The notes under the pieces: model-generated
Told to the model about the DNA's origin: nothing
What the model saw: only the letters and a program-made list of their open reading frames with translations
Databases searched by the model: none
In this document: positions 17,092 to 26,622 of the stretch, piece after piece
Layout of the letters: the number at the start of each line of letters is the position of its first letter
Position numbering within the stretch: position 1 is the first letter of the stretch
Position numbers and translations under genes: made by a program
Assembly (NCBI GenBank): GCA_014380545.1
Contig: JACMJP010000192.1
Location: 1 to 41,954 of the forward strand
Source of the DNA: Chitinophagales bacterium
GTDB lineage: Bacteria > Bacteroidota > Bacteroidia > Chitinophagales > BACL12
Direction: 5' to 3'
Length of the DNA: 41,954 bases

Positions 17092-17781
17092 ATGCAAAGA
17101 TTAAAATTATTTACACTTACAGCAATTATAGCTACAATGTTAGTGGCCTGTAAGAGTTCACCTGAAGGTGATGAAGCAAAAACAACAGACGCAAAAGAAG
17201 TGGAGACCGCAACCGCTGGTGTTACAATGAATATAAATACTATAGAAAGTAAATTAGAATGGATAGGTACTAAGGTTACCTCTCACCATAATGGAACTGT
17301 AAATATTAAAAGCGGGCAATTGATGGCTAAAGGAAATGAATTAACAGGCGGCTATTTTGTTATAGATATGCCCACTTTAATTTCTGTGAAAGATGATCCT
17401 CAATCAAATAGTAAATTAACGGGGCATTTAAAAAGCCCTGATTTTTTTGATGTTGAAAAATACCCTGAAGCAAAATTTGAGATCACTTCAGTGAAACCTT
17501 TTTCAGGTTCGGTTGTTGATGAAAATACTGTGGGGCAGGAAGAAATAAATGAATATAAAGTAACTGACCCCAATGTAATTGTAAATGGAAATTTGACAAT
17601 TAAAGATGTTACAAAAAATATTGAATTCCCTGCTAAAGTAAATATTACCGGAAACGGAGCTACTGCTTTAGCAAAGTTTAATATAAATAGGAAAGATTGG
17701 GGAGTTAATTACACAGGAGCCCCCGACAATCTTGTTAGAGATGAAATTTGGTTTGGCGTTTCAATAGCAGCCAATAAATAA
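17092..17781 (+). CDS. YceI-family lipoprotein
   Basis: Lipobox 'MLVACKS'. 'W.GTKV...HNGTV.IKSG', 'L.S.DFFDVEKYPEA.F' and 'GNLTIKDVTK.I.FPA' are typical of the YceI-like domain. Confidence 0.8.
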   Translation: MQRLKLFTLTAIIATMLVACKSSPEGDEAKTTDAKEVETATAGVTMNINTIESKLEWIGTKVTSHHNGTVNIKSGQLMAKGNELTGGYFVIDMPTLISVKDDPQSNSKLTGHLKSPDFFDVEKYPEAKFEITSVKPFSGSVVDENTVGQEEINEYKVTDPNVIVNGNLTIKDVTKNIEFPAKVNITGNGATALAKFNINRKDWGVNYTGAPDNLVRDEIWFGVSIAANK

Positions 17782-17809
17782 GAGCAGAGTAGTGGTTGTT
17801 TTCATAGTT

Positions 17810-17848
17810 CCGGGTGCAGAAATCTTTTTCTCACCCGGTTCCTTTTTA
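17810..17848 (+). terminator. Probable terminator between convergent yceI-like and T9SS genes
   Basis: CCGGGTG (17810-17816) pairs with CACCCGG (17832-17838) across a 15-nt loop, followed by TTCCTTTTT. Confidence 0.45.
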
Positions 17849-18892
17849 AGGAACTCTAATCATTTTTTTTTGAGCAATCAATTTATTCTCAGAATATAAT
17901 TTTACAAAATAAACTCCCGCCTCAAGATCAGAAATATTTAGCTCATTAGAATATGGATATTCACGAATTAATTTTCCTGAAACATCATAAATTCTTATTT
18001 CTGTAATAAATGATCCGGAATATGAAATATTAATTCTATCAGTCGCCGGATTTGGATAGACCAAGAAATCATCTTCTGAAATCACATTTTGTATTCCTGT
18101 AATTATTCTTGCCGAATCCTGGTAAGCAACTCTTGTAACGGTTTCTGTGCCGGCAATTACCTGTGTTGTGATTTGCAACACGGGTACACCCATTTCTTTT
18201 GCAAGCCATTTATATTCATTTGATGCATAAGAAAATGGTATCTCAACTCCTGAACTTTCAATAACATCTTCCACCTGTAATTCACTTTTTAATCGCACGA
18301 CATTAAATGTTCCGTATGGTGTTGTAATTGTTCCCCAGCCATCTGTAATATTTTTTCTGTTTCTAGTTTCAGTAAATGAGAATAATCCGAGAAAATCAAA
18401 TGAAAAACCAGATGTTGACGAATCTATATTTTCATATGCAACAGGAAAATCCAATACGATATCATCGTCATCAAAAGAACTGATAATAGGTATATCAAGA
18501 TATGTTCCTGCAATACCTGTTTGTTTAAATTTATCGGCACTGCGGTCATAAAAATTATATACATCTTCTATGCTGAAACTATCAGTAGAAAATGCCTGAA
18601 CAAATTGTTCGGCGATATCAGAAGAAAACCATAATAAAAAGTAAGAGGGATCTGTATCTGTTGCGTCCACCCAATAAATAGTGTCCTGCTGCAGCGGTGT
18701 TAGATCTGAGAAATCCCAGGTAATATCTGCTCCTGTTGTTACAATATCAAAAACCCCTATCGGGTTTGCTGTACTGATAATAAAACTATCTCCGCCATCA
18801 ACAATATCATTTACTTCAATAGTAACAGGTGATTGGGAAAATATTTTCAGTGTGCTTATTATAAAAATAAAGGGGAGTGTATATTTTTTCAT
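17846..18892 (-). CDS. T9SS type A sorting-domain secreted protein (function unknown)
   Basis: Signal peptide 'MKKYTLPFIFIISTLKIFSQ'. C-terminal 'LVYPNPATDRINI.....I..I.IYDVSGKLI........L.ISDLEAGVYFVKL' is a Por/T9SS CTD. The ATG at 18892 is preferred over 18922. Confidence 0.75.
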   Translation of the reverse strand: MKKYTLPFIFIISTLKIFSQSPVTIEVNDIVDGGDSFIISTANPIGVFDIVTTGADITWDFSDLTPLQQDTIYWVDATDTDPSYFLLWFSSDIAEQFVQAFSTDSFSIEDVYNFYDRSADKFKQTGIAGTYLDIPIISSFDDDDIVLDFPVAYENIDSSTSGFSFDFLGLFSFTETRNRKNITDGWGTITTPYGTFNVVRLKSELQVEDVIESSGVEIPFSYASNEYKWLAKEMGVPVLQITTQVIAGTETVTRVAYQDSARIITGIQNVISEDDFLVYPNPATDRINISYSGSFITEIRIYDVSGKLIREYPYSNELNISDLEAGVYFVKLYSENKLIAQKKMIRVP

Positions 18893-18945
18893 GTGTTTAT
18901 TTTTTGTGAAGATAAGAAACAAAATTTTCTGAATAATTTTACTGT

Positions 18946-19653
18946 ATGATAAAACAACTGATCTTTTTAGTTGTATGCATGCAGATAAAAATTATTGCTG
19001 CACAAACAATTAACGACTTTACTGTCTATCTCGAAAATAATAACCAGGTAATTTTTGTAACAACACCAACATGGGTAAGTATAACTGGAACACTTATGAT
19101 GTATGAAAGAAAAAATGCAGATAAAGAATGGAAGTGTGTTGCAACTTTTCCGGTAACGGTTGGAAGAAGCGGTTTAGCATGGGATGATAATACTCAGCTT
19201 GAAAAAACTATCTCTCAAAAAATAAAACATGAAGGCGATGGAAATTCGCCTGCAGGAATCTTTACCCTCGGACCTGTTTTCAGTTATCATAAGATTGAAA
19301 AATTAAAGATGCCCTTTGAGCGGGTGGATTCAAATGATCTGTGTGTGGATGATAAAAAAAGCACCTATTATAATTTATTGGTGGATGCAGATACAATTAA
19401 AAATAAAGACTACAAAAGTTTTGAGTATATGCATCGCAAAGATGATTTATATGAATTTGGTATCTGGGTAAATTATAATACCGATAAAATTATTCCGGGA
19501 AACGGTTCCTGTATTTTTCTGCATGTCTGGAAAAATGAGACTTCTCCTACAAGCGGATGCACTGCAATGAGCAAAGAAAATATGCTGAAATTAATTGATT
19601 GGTTAGATGCTGATAAAGATCCTGTGTTATTGCAGGTGTGTGAGAAGAAATGA
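18946..19653 (+). CDS. L,D-transpeptidase (YkuD) family protein
   Basis: 'GNGSCIFLHVWKNETSPTSGCTAM' matches the catalytic His...Cys motif of the YkuD fold. Confidence 0.65.
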   Translation: MIKQLIFLVVCMQIKIIAAQTINDFTVYLENNNQVIFVTTPTWVSITGTLMMYERKNADKEWKCVATFPVTVGRSGLAWDDNTQLEKTISQKIKHEGDGNSPAGIFTLGPVFSYHKIEKLKMPFERVDSNDLCVDDKKSTYYNLLVDADTIKNKDYKSFEYMHRKDDLYEFGIWVNYNTDKIIPGNGSCIFLHVWKNETSPTSGCTAMSKENMLKLIDWLDADKDPVLLQVCEKK

Positions 19654-19674
19654 AACCCACATCAATTGCTATTA

Positions 19675-20034
19675 TTAAGATTTTAAAATTTCAACTTCCT
19701 CAGGAATTATAAACAACATTACACAACCATTTTCGGTAGTTACTTCATGTTTAAAATCAGGAGGAGTATACAAATAATCACCTGCTGATAATTTTTGTCC
19801 CTCAAAGATGGCATCACCCTCTAAAACAAAAACTTCTTCCCCACCCGGATGATTGTGATATGGATATTTAGCACCAGCTGCAAATTTTAAAAGAATAGTG
19901 GGAGATCTTTTAGTTTGTTCATCAAAGCGCAACACTTTGACAAATATTCCCCTAGTATCTACACCGTCTTCTTTTAATGGGATCCATTCTGTTTCATTAC
20001 CTCTCACAATGTAATTTAAAATTTCCGTGTTCAT
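19675..20034 (-). CDS. Cupin-domain protein
   Basis: 119 aa. 'YPYHNHPGGEEVFVLEGD....G......GDY.Y.PP...H' is the two-motif cupin pattern. Confidence 0.75.
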   Translation of the reverse strand: MNTEILNYIVRGNETEWIPLKEDGVDTRGIFVKVLRFDEQTKRSPTILLKFAAGAKYPYHNHPGGEEVFVLEGDAIFEGQKLSAGDYLYTPPDFKHEVTTENGCVMLFIIPEEVEILKS

Positions 20035-20038
20035 AATT

Positions 20039-20740
20039 TTATTGTTTTAATTTATTAATTAATAATTGTTCTTCTACATATTTTCTCTGCGTATTATTTG
20101 TCATTTGTTCCAGTAGATCAAGGGAGGCAATATAACTCACCAAGCCGCCATTAGAAGTTATCATATTCCCATCCTGTACTACTGATACTATTTCATCGTC
20201 CATTACTAATAACTTAGGATATTGTTTTTGGAGTGCCGCACTGCCGGTTTCATAGGTAACTATTTTTTTATTGTCTGCAACCCCGGCTTCACCCAACATA
20301 AATGCTCCTGCACAATGGCTTGCAATATAATCAGCAGTTTTACCATGTTCCTTAATAAAATTAATTAGTACAGTATCATTTATTTGTTTATCCGGATGAT
20401 TTGAACTTGGAACAATAAGTACATTCAATTCGGGAGTGTTGTTTATTGTGAAGTCGGGTAATACCTTCAGGTCTTCTTCACTAATATAAATTTTATCTTC
20501 TTTTGCAATAAGTATTACATTAAAAAGTTGTTTACCTCCTATATCTTTTTTAGTAAACACATCCATTGGCGCTACTACTTCATTGGTTAAGAATTCTTCG
20601 AAAATTAAAATACCAATGGTTGGTAAAGTGGTATCAATTGTTTTTGTTATCATCATGTGATTATTGGTTTGAGAATTTATTTTTTGTGTTAAACAAAAGG
20701 AGAGAGCGATAATTATATATGGCACTGCTAACAGTTTCAT
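20039..20740 (-). CDS. DJ-1/PfpI-family protein with signal peptide
   Basis: Nucleophile-elbow 'IASHCAGAFMLGEAG'. N-terminal hydrophobic leader 'MKLLAVPYIIIALSF'. The ATG at 20740 is preferred over 20788. Confidence 0.75.
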   Translation of the reverse strand: MKLLAVPYIIIALSFCLTQKINSQTNNHMMITKTIDTTLPTIGILIFEEFLTNEVVAPMDVFTKKDIGGKQLFNVILIAKEDKIYISEEDLKVLPDFTINNTPELNVLIVPSSNHPDKQINDTVLINFIKEHGKTADYIASHCAGAFMLGEAGVADNKKIVTYETGSAALQKQYPKLLVMDDEIVSVVQDGNMITSNGGLVSYIASLDLLEQMTNNTQRKYVEEQLLINKLKQ

Positions 20741-20821
20741 AATAAGTTTAATTAATTTATACAAAGGTATAAAGCAATAAAACCTCAAAGAATAGACAAA
20801 CTTGCGAAAAGCATGTAAGAT

Positions 20822-21613
20822 TTACAAAACCAATTTTGTTTTATAAGATTTGGGAGATTGACTGGTATGTTTCTTAAAGAAATTAGAGAAATAAAACGGA
20901 TCATTAAAACCTAACTGATGGGAAACTTCTTTAATTGATAGGTTCTGATAAGTCAACAAACGTTTCGCTTCGGAAACAATAAGACCATAGATTACATTTT
21001 GAGCGGTTTTGCCAGTATGCAACTTAGAGTGATCATTTAATTTAGCTTCTGTTGTGCCCAAAACATTTGCAAAATAACTTAGCTGGTAATTGTATTGAAA
21101 ATTAGCACGAACCAATTCAAGAAATTTAAGAAACAGAGCATCCGGTTTCCAAATATCATTTCCAAGTTTGATTTTAGAACGGTTTATCTCTACCAGGATC
21201 AATTCAATTCTGCTGTGAATTGAAATAAGATATTGATAAGGTTTTTTATTTAATTCTGTTTTTATTTGCTCCAACTCCTTTTGCACCATTTCAATATTAT
21301 CAAAAGTTATTATTTCATTCTCATCAAAATGACAAAACAAACCATTATGAAAAATCAACTCAATGTCGTTATCATTTTTGCAAAAGAAGTCATACGTAAA
21401 TTCGAGTATGAAACCTGCAGGGTCTTTTATTTTTTTGAAATAATGTATTTGCCCTGATGTTATAGTAATAACCTCATTAGCTTTAATTTCAAATTCATTT
21501 TCATCTACTACTATCGATACAGAACCGTAAGAGCACCAAACCAGAACATATTTCATAATACGCCTTGGTTCCTGCAATTCAACACATTCATTTAAGGGGT
21601 TTATTTTAATCAT
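20822..21613 (-). CDS. AraC-family transcriptional regulator
   Basis: C-terminal double HTH '...YFANVLGTTEAKLN...K..TGKTAQNVIYG.I..EAKRLL....LSIKEVSHQLGFNDPFYFSNFFKKHT..SP..Y'. The N-terminal region is cupin-like. Confidence 0.85.
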   Translation of the reverse strand: MIKINPLNECVELQEPRRIMKYVLVWCSYGSVSIVVDENEFEIKANEVITITSGQIHYFKKIKDPAGFILEFTYDFFCKNDNDIELIFHNGLFCHFDENEIITFDNIEMVQKELEQIKTELNKKPYQYLISIHSRIELILVEINRSKIKLGNDIWKPDALFLKFLELVRANFQYNYQLSYFANVLGTTEAKLNDHSKLHTGKTAQNVIYGLIVSEAKRLLTYQNLSIKEVSHQLGFNDPFYFSNFFKKHTSQSPKSYKTKLVL

Positions 21614-21628
21614 TCCCTTTCCCTGTTT

Positions 21629-22138
21629 TTAAGCTGTATCAAGATGCAATCTATGCTTACCGCAATGCAAGCATTTAAAAAGATAACCACCGTATTCTTC
21701 AGCATCAATACTTTCTAAAATGTCATCAATTTCATAGCCGCTGTTTTCAATGTCTTCTTTTAATTCAGATAAAACGGGTTTTATAAGTTTAGCGGTTGCA
21801 AACCCAATAAATGCACACAGGTCCCCGCAGTGTGCCAGCCAAACTTCCTGTTGCATACCGGAATAACCGGGTGTGCGATGTATTACTTCATCAATTGCGG
21901 CTTCATTATTTATATCTTCTATACTTCCACTGTCCTGGAATTCGCCATTATATTTTTTTGCTGCAGAACCATCTTTAATGCACCAGGGGCAAATTTTATC
22001 AATTTCATCTTCACTATAAAAAGGACCTTCGTATCTATATTCTCTTTGCTGCCCGCAACATGTGCAGGTAATATTTTTCTTTTCAATGATATTTAATAAG
22101 TAAGCGTTTGGGTTATATTTAAATTCGGGTATTTGCAT
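21629..22138 (-). CDS. CbrC-family (UPF0167) protein
   Basis: 'F.Y.PN.Y.........C.CCG......Y.GPFY.......ICPWCI.DGSAA.K' and a C-terminal 'FKCLHCGKH' resemble the CbrC family. Confidence 0.65.
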   Translation of the reverse strand: MQIPEFKYNPNAYLLNIIEKKNITCTCCGQQREYRYEGPFYSEDEIDKICPWCIKDGSAAKKYNGEFQDSGSIEDINNEAAIDEVIHRTPGYSGMQQEVWLAHCGDLCAFIGFATAKLIKPVLSELKEDIENSGYEIDDILESIDAEEYGGYLFKCLHCGKHRLHLDTA

Positions 22139-22153
22139 TTTGGTTATTTTAAT

Positions 22154-22708
22154 TTATTGACTAAGTTCATTTTTTTTGTTAATAGTTTTTATAAAAGAAT
22201 CAATAAGTTTTTTTACTTGCTCCAAAGTTTCCGCATCTGAAATTTTTGCTGCGTCAGTAACTTTTGTTTTAACGAATGAAATTAAGAGTTGTGTTTCATC
22301 AGGTATATCACATTCTATAATTTTTAAAGTTTCCAGCAATGAAAGATGTGCCTTTTGCCCCTGTGATGAAGCAGTAATTAATGCAACGGGCTTGTGAGAA
22401 AATTCGGCAGAAGAAACTGCCCAGTCTATTGCATTTTTTAAGGTTCCGGGAACACCCATAGCATATTCAGGAGTGCAGATTAAAATACCATCTGCTTCTT
22501 TTATTTGTGTGCGAAAATCAATAATATTTTTTGGAGGTATGTTCGTATCAAGATCAGGATTAAAATGCGGGATGCCTGAGAGCCCTTCAAATATTGTAAT
22601 ATCAAAAGTATCTGCAGAAAGATGTTTAATTGCTTTTATTAAGTTGAGGTTTGTGGAATTTTGCCTTGTGCTTCCTGAAATTGCTAATATTTTTTTTCTG
22701 CCGGTCAT
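22154..22708 (-). CDS. NADPH-dependent FMN reductase family oxidoreductase
   Basis: 'KILAISGSTRQNSTN', 'DGILICTPEYAMGVPGTLKNAIDW' and 'KPVALITAS' match the flavodoxin-like FMN_red fold. The ATG at 22708 is preferred. Confidence 0.8.
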   Translation of the reverse strand: MTGRKKILAISGSTRQNSTNLNLIKAIKHLSADTFDITIFEGLSGIPHFNPDLDTNIPPKNIIDFRTQIKEADGILICTPEYAMGVPGTLKNAIDWAVSSAEFSHKPVALITASSQGQKAHLSLLETLKIIECDIPDETQLLISFVKTKVTDAAKISDAETLEQVKKLIDSFIKTINKKNELSQ

Positions 22709-22791
22709 AATAATTAATGAGACTAATACACACAAAATTATGAAGAAGAAAAACGATAAATATTATTCATAGAGTTCCTCAGCCGTCAATT

Positions 22792-22821
22792 AAAAAAATC
22801 CCGCTTTTACAAAAGCGGGAT
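22792..22821 (-). terminator. Rho-independent terminator downstream of the VOC gene
   Basis: Perfect palindrome ATCCCGCTTTT-AC-AAAAGCGGGAT (22798-22821), followed on the minus strand by TTTTTTT. Confidence 0.7.
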
Positions 22822-22845
22822 TTAAAGTATCGTAATTTCCTGCAA

Positions 22846-23286
22846 TTATTTTTGCGGATTTTCATTATAGCTCACCATCCAGTTAATGCCGAACTTATCT
22901 GTGAACATTCCGAAATAATCACCCCAGAATGTTTTTGCCATTGGCATTGTTGCCTGGCCGCCATTTGAAAGACCGTTATATAATTTATCTGCTTCATCTT
23001 TGCTTTCTGTAGTTAATGAAACAGAAAAATTATTGCCCTGTTTAAAATTTGGAGCCCATTCACCACCAGTATCGCTACCCATAATTGCTGAAGTTTCACT
23101 TAACCGGATAGAGATATGCATAATTTTTTCCCCGTCTTCAGGCGACATTTTTGTGCCGCCTTCACCGGCCGGCATATCTTTAAACCGGCCTATATAGCCG
23201 AAGTCGCCTCCGAATACAGTCTGATAAAAATTGAATGCTTCTTCGCAGTTTCCATTGAAATTAAGATAAACATTTGCTGTTGCCAT
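22846..23286 (-). CDS. VOC-family (glyoxalase/PhnB-like) protein
   Basis: 146 aa. 'YL.FNGNCEEAF.FYQ.VFGG', 'IMH..I......IMGSD' and 'FWGDYFG...DKFGI.WM' are typical of the PhnB/YjdN-like subgroup. Confidence 0.75.
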   Translation of the reverse strand: MATANVYLNFNGNCEEAFNFYQTVFGGDFGYIGRFKDMPAGEGGTKMSPEDGEKIMHISIRLSETSAIMGSDTGGEWAPNFKQGNNFSVSLTTESKDEADKLYNGLSNGGQATMPMAKTFWGDYFGMFTDKFGINWMVSYNENPQK

Positions 23287-23463
23287 AATTGTTGTTTTTT
23301 AGTGCCGTAAAGATAATTTTAAACAAATAAAAGGATAGTTAAATTAAGGTCAAAAAAAGGTTGCTTAAAAACATCAAAATAATTTCAACGTAAAATTTTC
23401 CACAGGAAAAATTTTCACAACGGTTCTTTTACCGAAACTGTTTATTAGATGCACAACTCTTTG

Positions 23464-23516
23464 ATTACCGAACAAAGACCTTCTTTTTTTATTTCTTTTA
23501 ATCTTTGTGTTATGCG
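23464..23516. repeat. Dispersed ~50-nt repeat, copy B
   Basis: ATTACCGAACAAAGACCTTCTTTTTTTATTTCTTTTAATCTTTGTGTTATG aligns with 6839-6887. It lies in a 396-bp non-coding gap. Confidence 0.6.
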
Positions 23517-23682
23517 TTAAATCACCAATACCTTGTAGTAGGAAAAAAAGACAGGAAGGGAAAACAAACTCCTTATAAAATAGGTCGAACGCTCAATAAA
23601 AACAGCATTAAAATTCACCTGGGCCAGGATGGCTGATGAAACTGGCTGGATATTTAATCGGGTGGAATAAAAAAGTTTTAAT

Positions 23683-24201
23683 TTATTCGGCATTAATTTT
23701 TTCTTTGTCAAGAAATTCCTTCATCATTTGTCCGCAGTTAAGCAGGTCAGTAATTAATTCGCTGTCCGCAGTTTCACTCAATAATTTATTCCCTGAGTAT
23801 TTTTTAAAAATAATTTTCTCAGAAAATATAATTGTATATGTAGTATCAGTATAGGTCATTTTTGATTCATCAAAATCCGGATCATTTTTATATTTCCCCC
23901 ATTCTGCCTGGTGGGCATAAAATATTACTTTGTAATATATATCATTAAATAAATAAACTGTTTCTTCTGTGTAACCGAGTTCTGCCGAATACTTTGATTC
24001 TATATAAACAAGCGTATCATTTAAATAATATCCATACACACTGCCCCCGCAATAATGAATTTGGGGATACCAGTATTTTATTAAAGTGTTATTTTCTCTT
24101 AATGAATCAATAGTAGTAACGTATGCATTAATTTCTTTTTCAGTTAATGATTGAGAAAAAACATTTGTTGAAAATAATAATACGATAAGTAATAGCCTCA
24201 T
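23683..24201 (-). CDS. Hypothetical secreted protein
   Basis: Signal peptide 'MRLLLIVLLFSTNVFSQ'. No recognised family. The ATG at 24201 is preferred over 24264. Confidence 0.5.
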   Translation of the reverse strand: MRLLLIVLLFSTNVFSQSLTEKEINAYVTTIDSLRENNTLIKYWYPQIHYCGGSVYGYYLNDTLVYIESKYSAELGYTEETVYLFNDIYYKVIFYAHQAEWGKYKNDPDFDESKMTYTDTTYTIIFSEKIIFKKYSGNKLLSETADSELITDLLNCGQMMKEFLDKEKINAE

Positions 24202-24289
24202 TAAAAAATTATGTGAAAAATTCGCATAGAATAAAAAAACAGCAACCACCAGTTGCTGTTTCATATTGCATATATATACTGAGTTTTTC

Positions 24290-26227
24290 TTATCGCACTA
24301 GCACAAAACTTCCGCCGGTAGTAAATGCTATTTCGGCATCGTCATCAGGCCTTACCATCATTACGTCCGCATAAAAAGTATAACTGCCTATTTCAGCTTC
24401 TTCACCGTTAAAAATTCCGTCCCAACCCATTTCTTTATTATTTAATATACCTACATTATTAGTTTCATAAACCATTTCACCCCAGCGGTTATAAATAACA
24501 AGGTTATAATTTTTTACATTATATCCCCATGGTTGAAAGAAATCATTAAATCCATCTGCATTGGGTGAAAAGGCATTGGGGAAAAATATTTCAGGAATAA
24601 ATTCTACGAAAATGGTAATAAAATCGCTTGCAGCACATCCGTTCAGATCGCTCACACTCACTAGATAAGTAGTGGTATTTTCTGGTGCTACCACATATGT
24701 AAAGCACGGGTCAATACCGCCACAATCTAAAAACCCTCCGGGAGGCCCCCAGCTTACCCCGCTCAGTTCTTCGCCCGGCACACTCACTACTGCATTAATT
24801 GAATAAGAAGCCCCGGATGAAATAGTAACATCAGGCCCGGCATCAATAGTTATTAGTGCTGGTTCTGTTATGGTAAATTCAAGTTCAGTTACGCAGCCGA
24901 TAGCATCCGTAACCGTTACGGTATAATCACCCGCAACCAGTCCGTTATAATCATTGCTTACCTGCGGCGCATCACCGTTCAATGAATAAGAATAAGGTGC
25001 AGTTCCGCCTGTAGCCACAATACTCACTTCACCATCAGGATACCCAAAGCAGGTAGTATTAACGAGATCATCAGTAGAAAGGATGAGTTCAGGAATTTCA
25101 TTAATAATAAAACTATAAACTTTCACACAACCATCATCGGCAGTAACGGTAACAAAGTATTCACCCCCTTCCAACCCGGAAACAGAAGTAACATCACTTT
25201 CGCCGCTGCTCCATTCATAGCTGAAAGGTCCGCCGGTTCCGGTAACAGTTATACTTGCTGTACCATCATCGGCTCCTCCACAGCTCACATCTGTTGTGGC
25301 AACTGTTGCGCTGAGGCTGTTGGCAACAGTAATAGTTACATCATCACTGTAAGTAGTTCCATCGCAAAGAGTTTGCACCACAGTATAAGTAGTTGTAATA
25401 TCTGGTGAAACGTCAGTAGTAGCACCTGAATCAATAAGTGTAGCGCCTTCATACCACTTTACTTCACTTGTAAACCATCTCCAGCTCTCATTATCAGCAC
25501 TCCAGTCAGTGGCGTTTCTTCCGCTCACGGTATAGGCAAAGTCTCCATCAACATTTTGCACACCTTGTGTTGCAAGGCCCAGATCCCAATCTGGGCAAAT
25601 AGATACATGTTCAAAATGGTTCTCAATAAAGTTAGAAGTTTCTATTAAAACGATTTGAAAGGTACCTTCATCTTCTGCGCATGATCCGAAGGGATCGGGA
25701 TCAAATAATGGAACGTTTTCCCATGTGATCACACATCTCCTGTTCGGGGCAGTTCCGATCACTTCATAAAACAGGCAATCAGTACAAGCCCCTGTATTCC
25801 AGTCAGTCCAGGGACTGAAAATAGCCGGGCTTGGAACATCAGGTGATGAATCCGGTATCTCGCCGTCAGGGGTCCAGTTTATATCCATTTCAAATGTTGG
25901 TTCATCAAAGCTGATCCAGCCATTTGATGAAAGGTAAAATTCCGTGTACTCTATACCGAAGAAACAAAAAGTAAAACCAATTTCGTAAGGACCGCTATGT
26001 GTATCATCAATCATTGAGAAAGAGGTTCCTCCAATTGGCTCAAGGGCATACGGAATTTCTTTATAGGTATAACAGTCAGTACAAATTTCCACCAGGTCTG
26101 CATATAATGTAATAGTTTCGCCGGAACAGATTGTTGTATCCGGGTAAGCAGTTATCTGGGCCTTAATATTTCCTGCGTAAAACAGGGTTACTAAAGATAA
26201 AATAGTGAGGAAGATATTTTTTTTCAT
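24290..26227 (-). CDS. T9SS type B sorting-domain (gliding motility-associated C-terminal domain) surface protein with SprB-type repeats
   Basis: C-terminal 'FFPNAFSPNADGFNDFF.P.G......L.IYNRWGE.VY......GWDG..NG.....G.Y.F'. Internal 'TDVSCGGADDGTASITVTGTGGPFSYEWS' and 'NTTCFGYPDGEVSIVATGGTAPYSYSL' are SprB-repeat-like. Confidence 0.8.
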   Translation of the reverse strand: MKKNIFLTILSLVTLFYAGNIKAQITAYPDTTICSGETITLYADLVEICTDCYTYKEIPYALEPIGGTSFSMIDDTHSGPYEIGFTFCFFGIEYTEFYLSSNGWISFDEPTFEMDINWTPDGEIPDSSPDVPSPAIFSPWTDWNTGACTDCLFYEVIGTAPNRRCVITWENVPLFDPDPFGSCAEDEGTFQIVLIETSNFIENHFEHVSICPDWDLGLATQGVQNVDGDFAYTVSGRNATDWSADNESWRWFTSEVKWYEGATLIDSGATTDVSPDITTTYTVVQTLCDGTTYSDDVTITVANSLSATVATTDVSCGGADDGTASITVTGTGGPFSYEWSSGESDVTSVSGLEGGEYFVTVTADDGCVKVYSFIINEIPELILSTDDLVNTTCFGYPDGEVSIVATGGTAPYSYSLNGDAPQVSNDYNGLVAGDYTVTVTDAIGCVTELEFTITEPALITIDAGPDVTISSGASYSINAVVSVPGEELSGVSWGPPGGFLDCGGIDPCFTYVVAPENTTTYLVSVSDLNGCAASDFITIFVEFIPEIFFPNAFSPNADGFNDFFQPWGYNVKNYNLVIYNRWGEMVYETNNVGILNNKEMGWDGIFNGEEAEIGSYTFYADVMMVRPDDDAEIAFTTGGSFVLVR

Positions 26228-26406
26228 AGTTTCTTTTGCTTAAAGAGGTTTTAAAGGTATGAAATTTTTTGTGTCTCAGGAATAGCTTTACCGCCATTTT
26301 CTTGTTATATTTTTAACAGAAATGTATAGTGCTGATGCAACATATGTAAAAGGAATGTCGTTTTTATAATACTTCTTAATTTTATGAACCAAATAAATAA
26401 CTGCTT

Positions 26407-26595
26407 ATGACGATGCTTGAATACTTTAAAATGATATTGCAGAAAGTTAGTTTTGATGTAACCCTCTTTCGCACAGAACTTGAAAAAGCCACACACAGCT
26501 TATTACCAGAAGATATTACGGAATTAAAAAAATGGTGTATTGAAACCTTCGGGGTGCAATATTGCCAGAAGGCAGTTCCAGAGTTTATCAGGTGA
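26407..26595 (+). CDS. Small hypothetical protein (62 aa)
   Basis: A clean ORF in an otherwise non-coding gap. The helical sequence is not low-complexity ('LEYFKMILQKVSFDVTLFRTELEKA...L.KWCIETFG'). It resembles small conserved Bacteroidota proteins from memory, which I could not verify. Confidence 0.45.
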   Translation: MTMLEYFKMILQKVSFDVTLFRTELEKATHSLLPEDITELKKWCIETFGVQYCQKAVPEFIR

Positions 26596-26622
26596 TTTTT
26601 TTCACTCTTCAACCTGTTTTTA

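Noticed and set aside
16176-17104. Plus-strand ORFs at 16176-16430 and 16844-17104 overlap the DUF1295 gene.
   Set aside because: The DUF1295 assignment on the minus strand is well supported by the 'SRHPNYFGE' motif, and the plus-strand translations are low-complexity.
23517-23854. ORFs of 64 aa (minus strand) and 72 aa (plus strand) in the gap upstream of the VOC gene and across the end of the hypothetical gene.
   Set aside because: Their hydrophobic and Ser/Phe-rich composition is typical of AT-rich non-coding translation. They overlap the dispersed repeat or the 23683-24201 gene, and no promoter or start context supports them.
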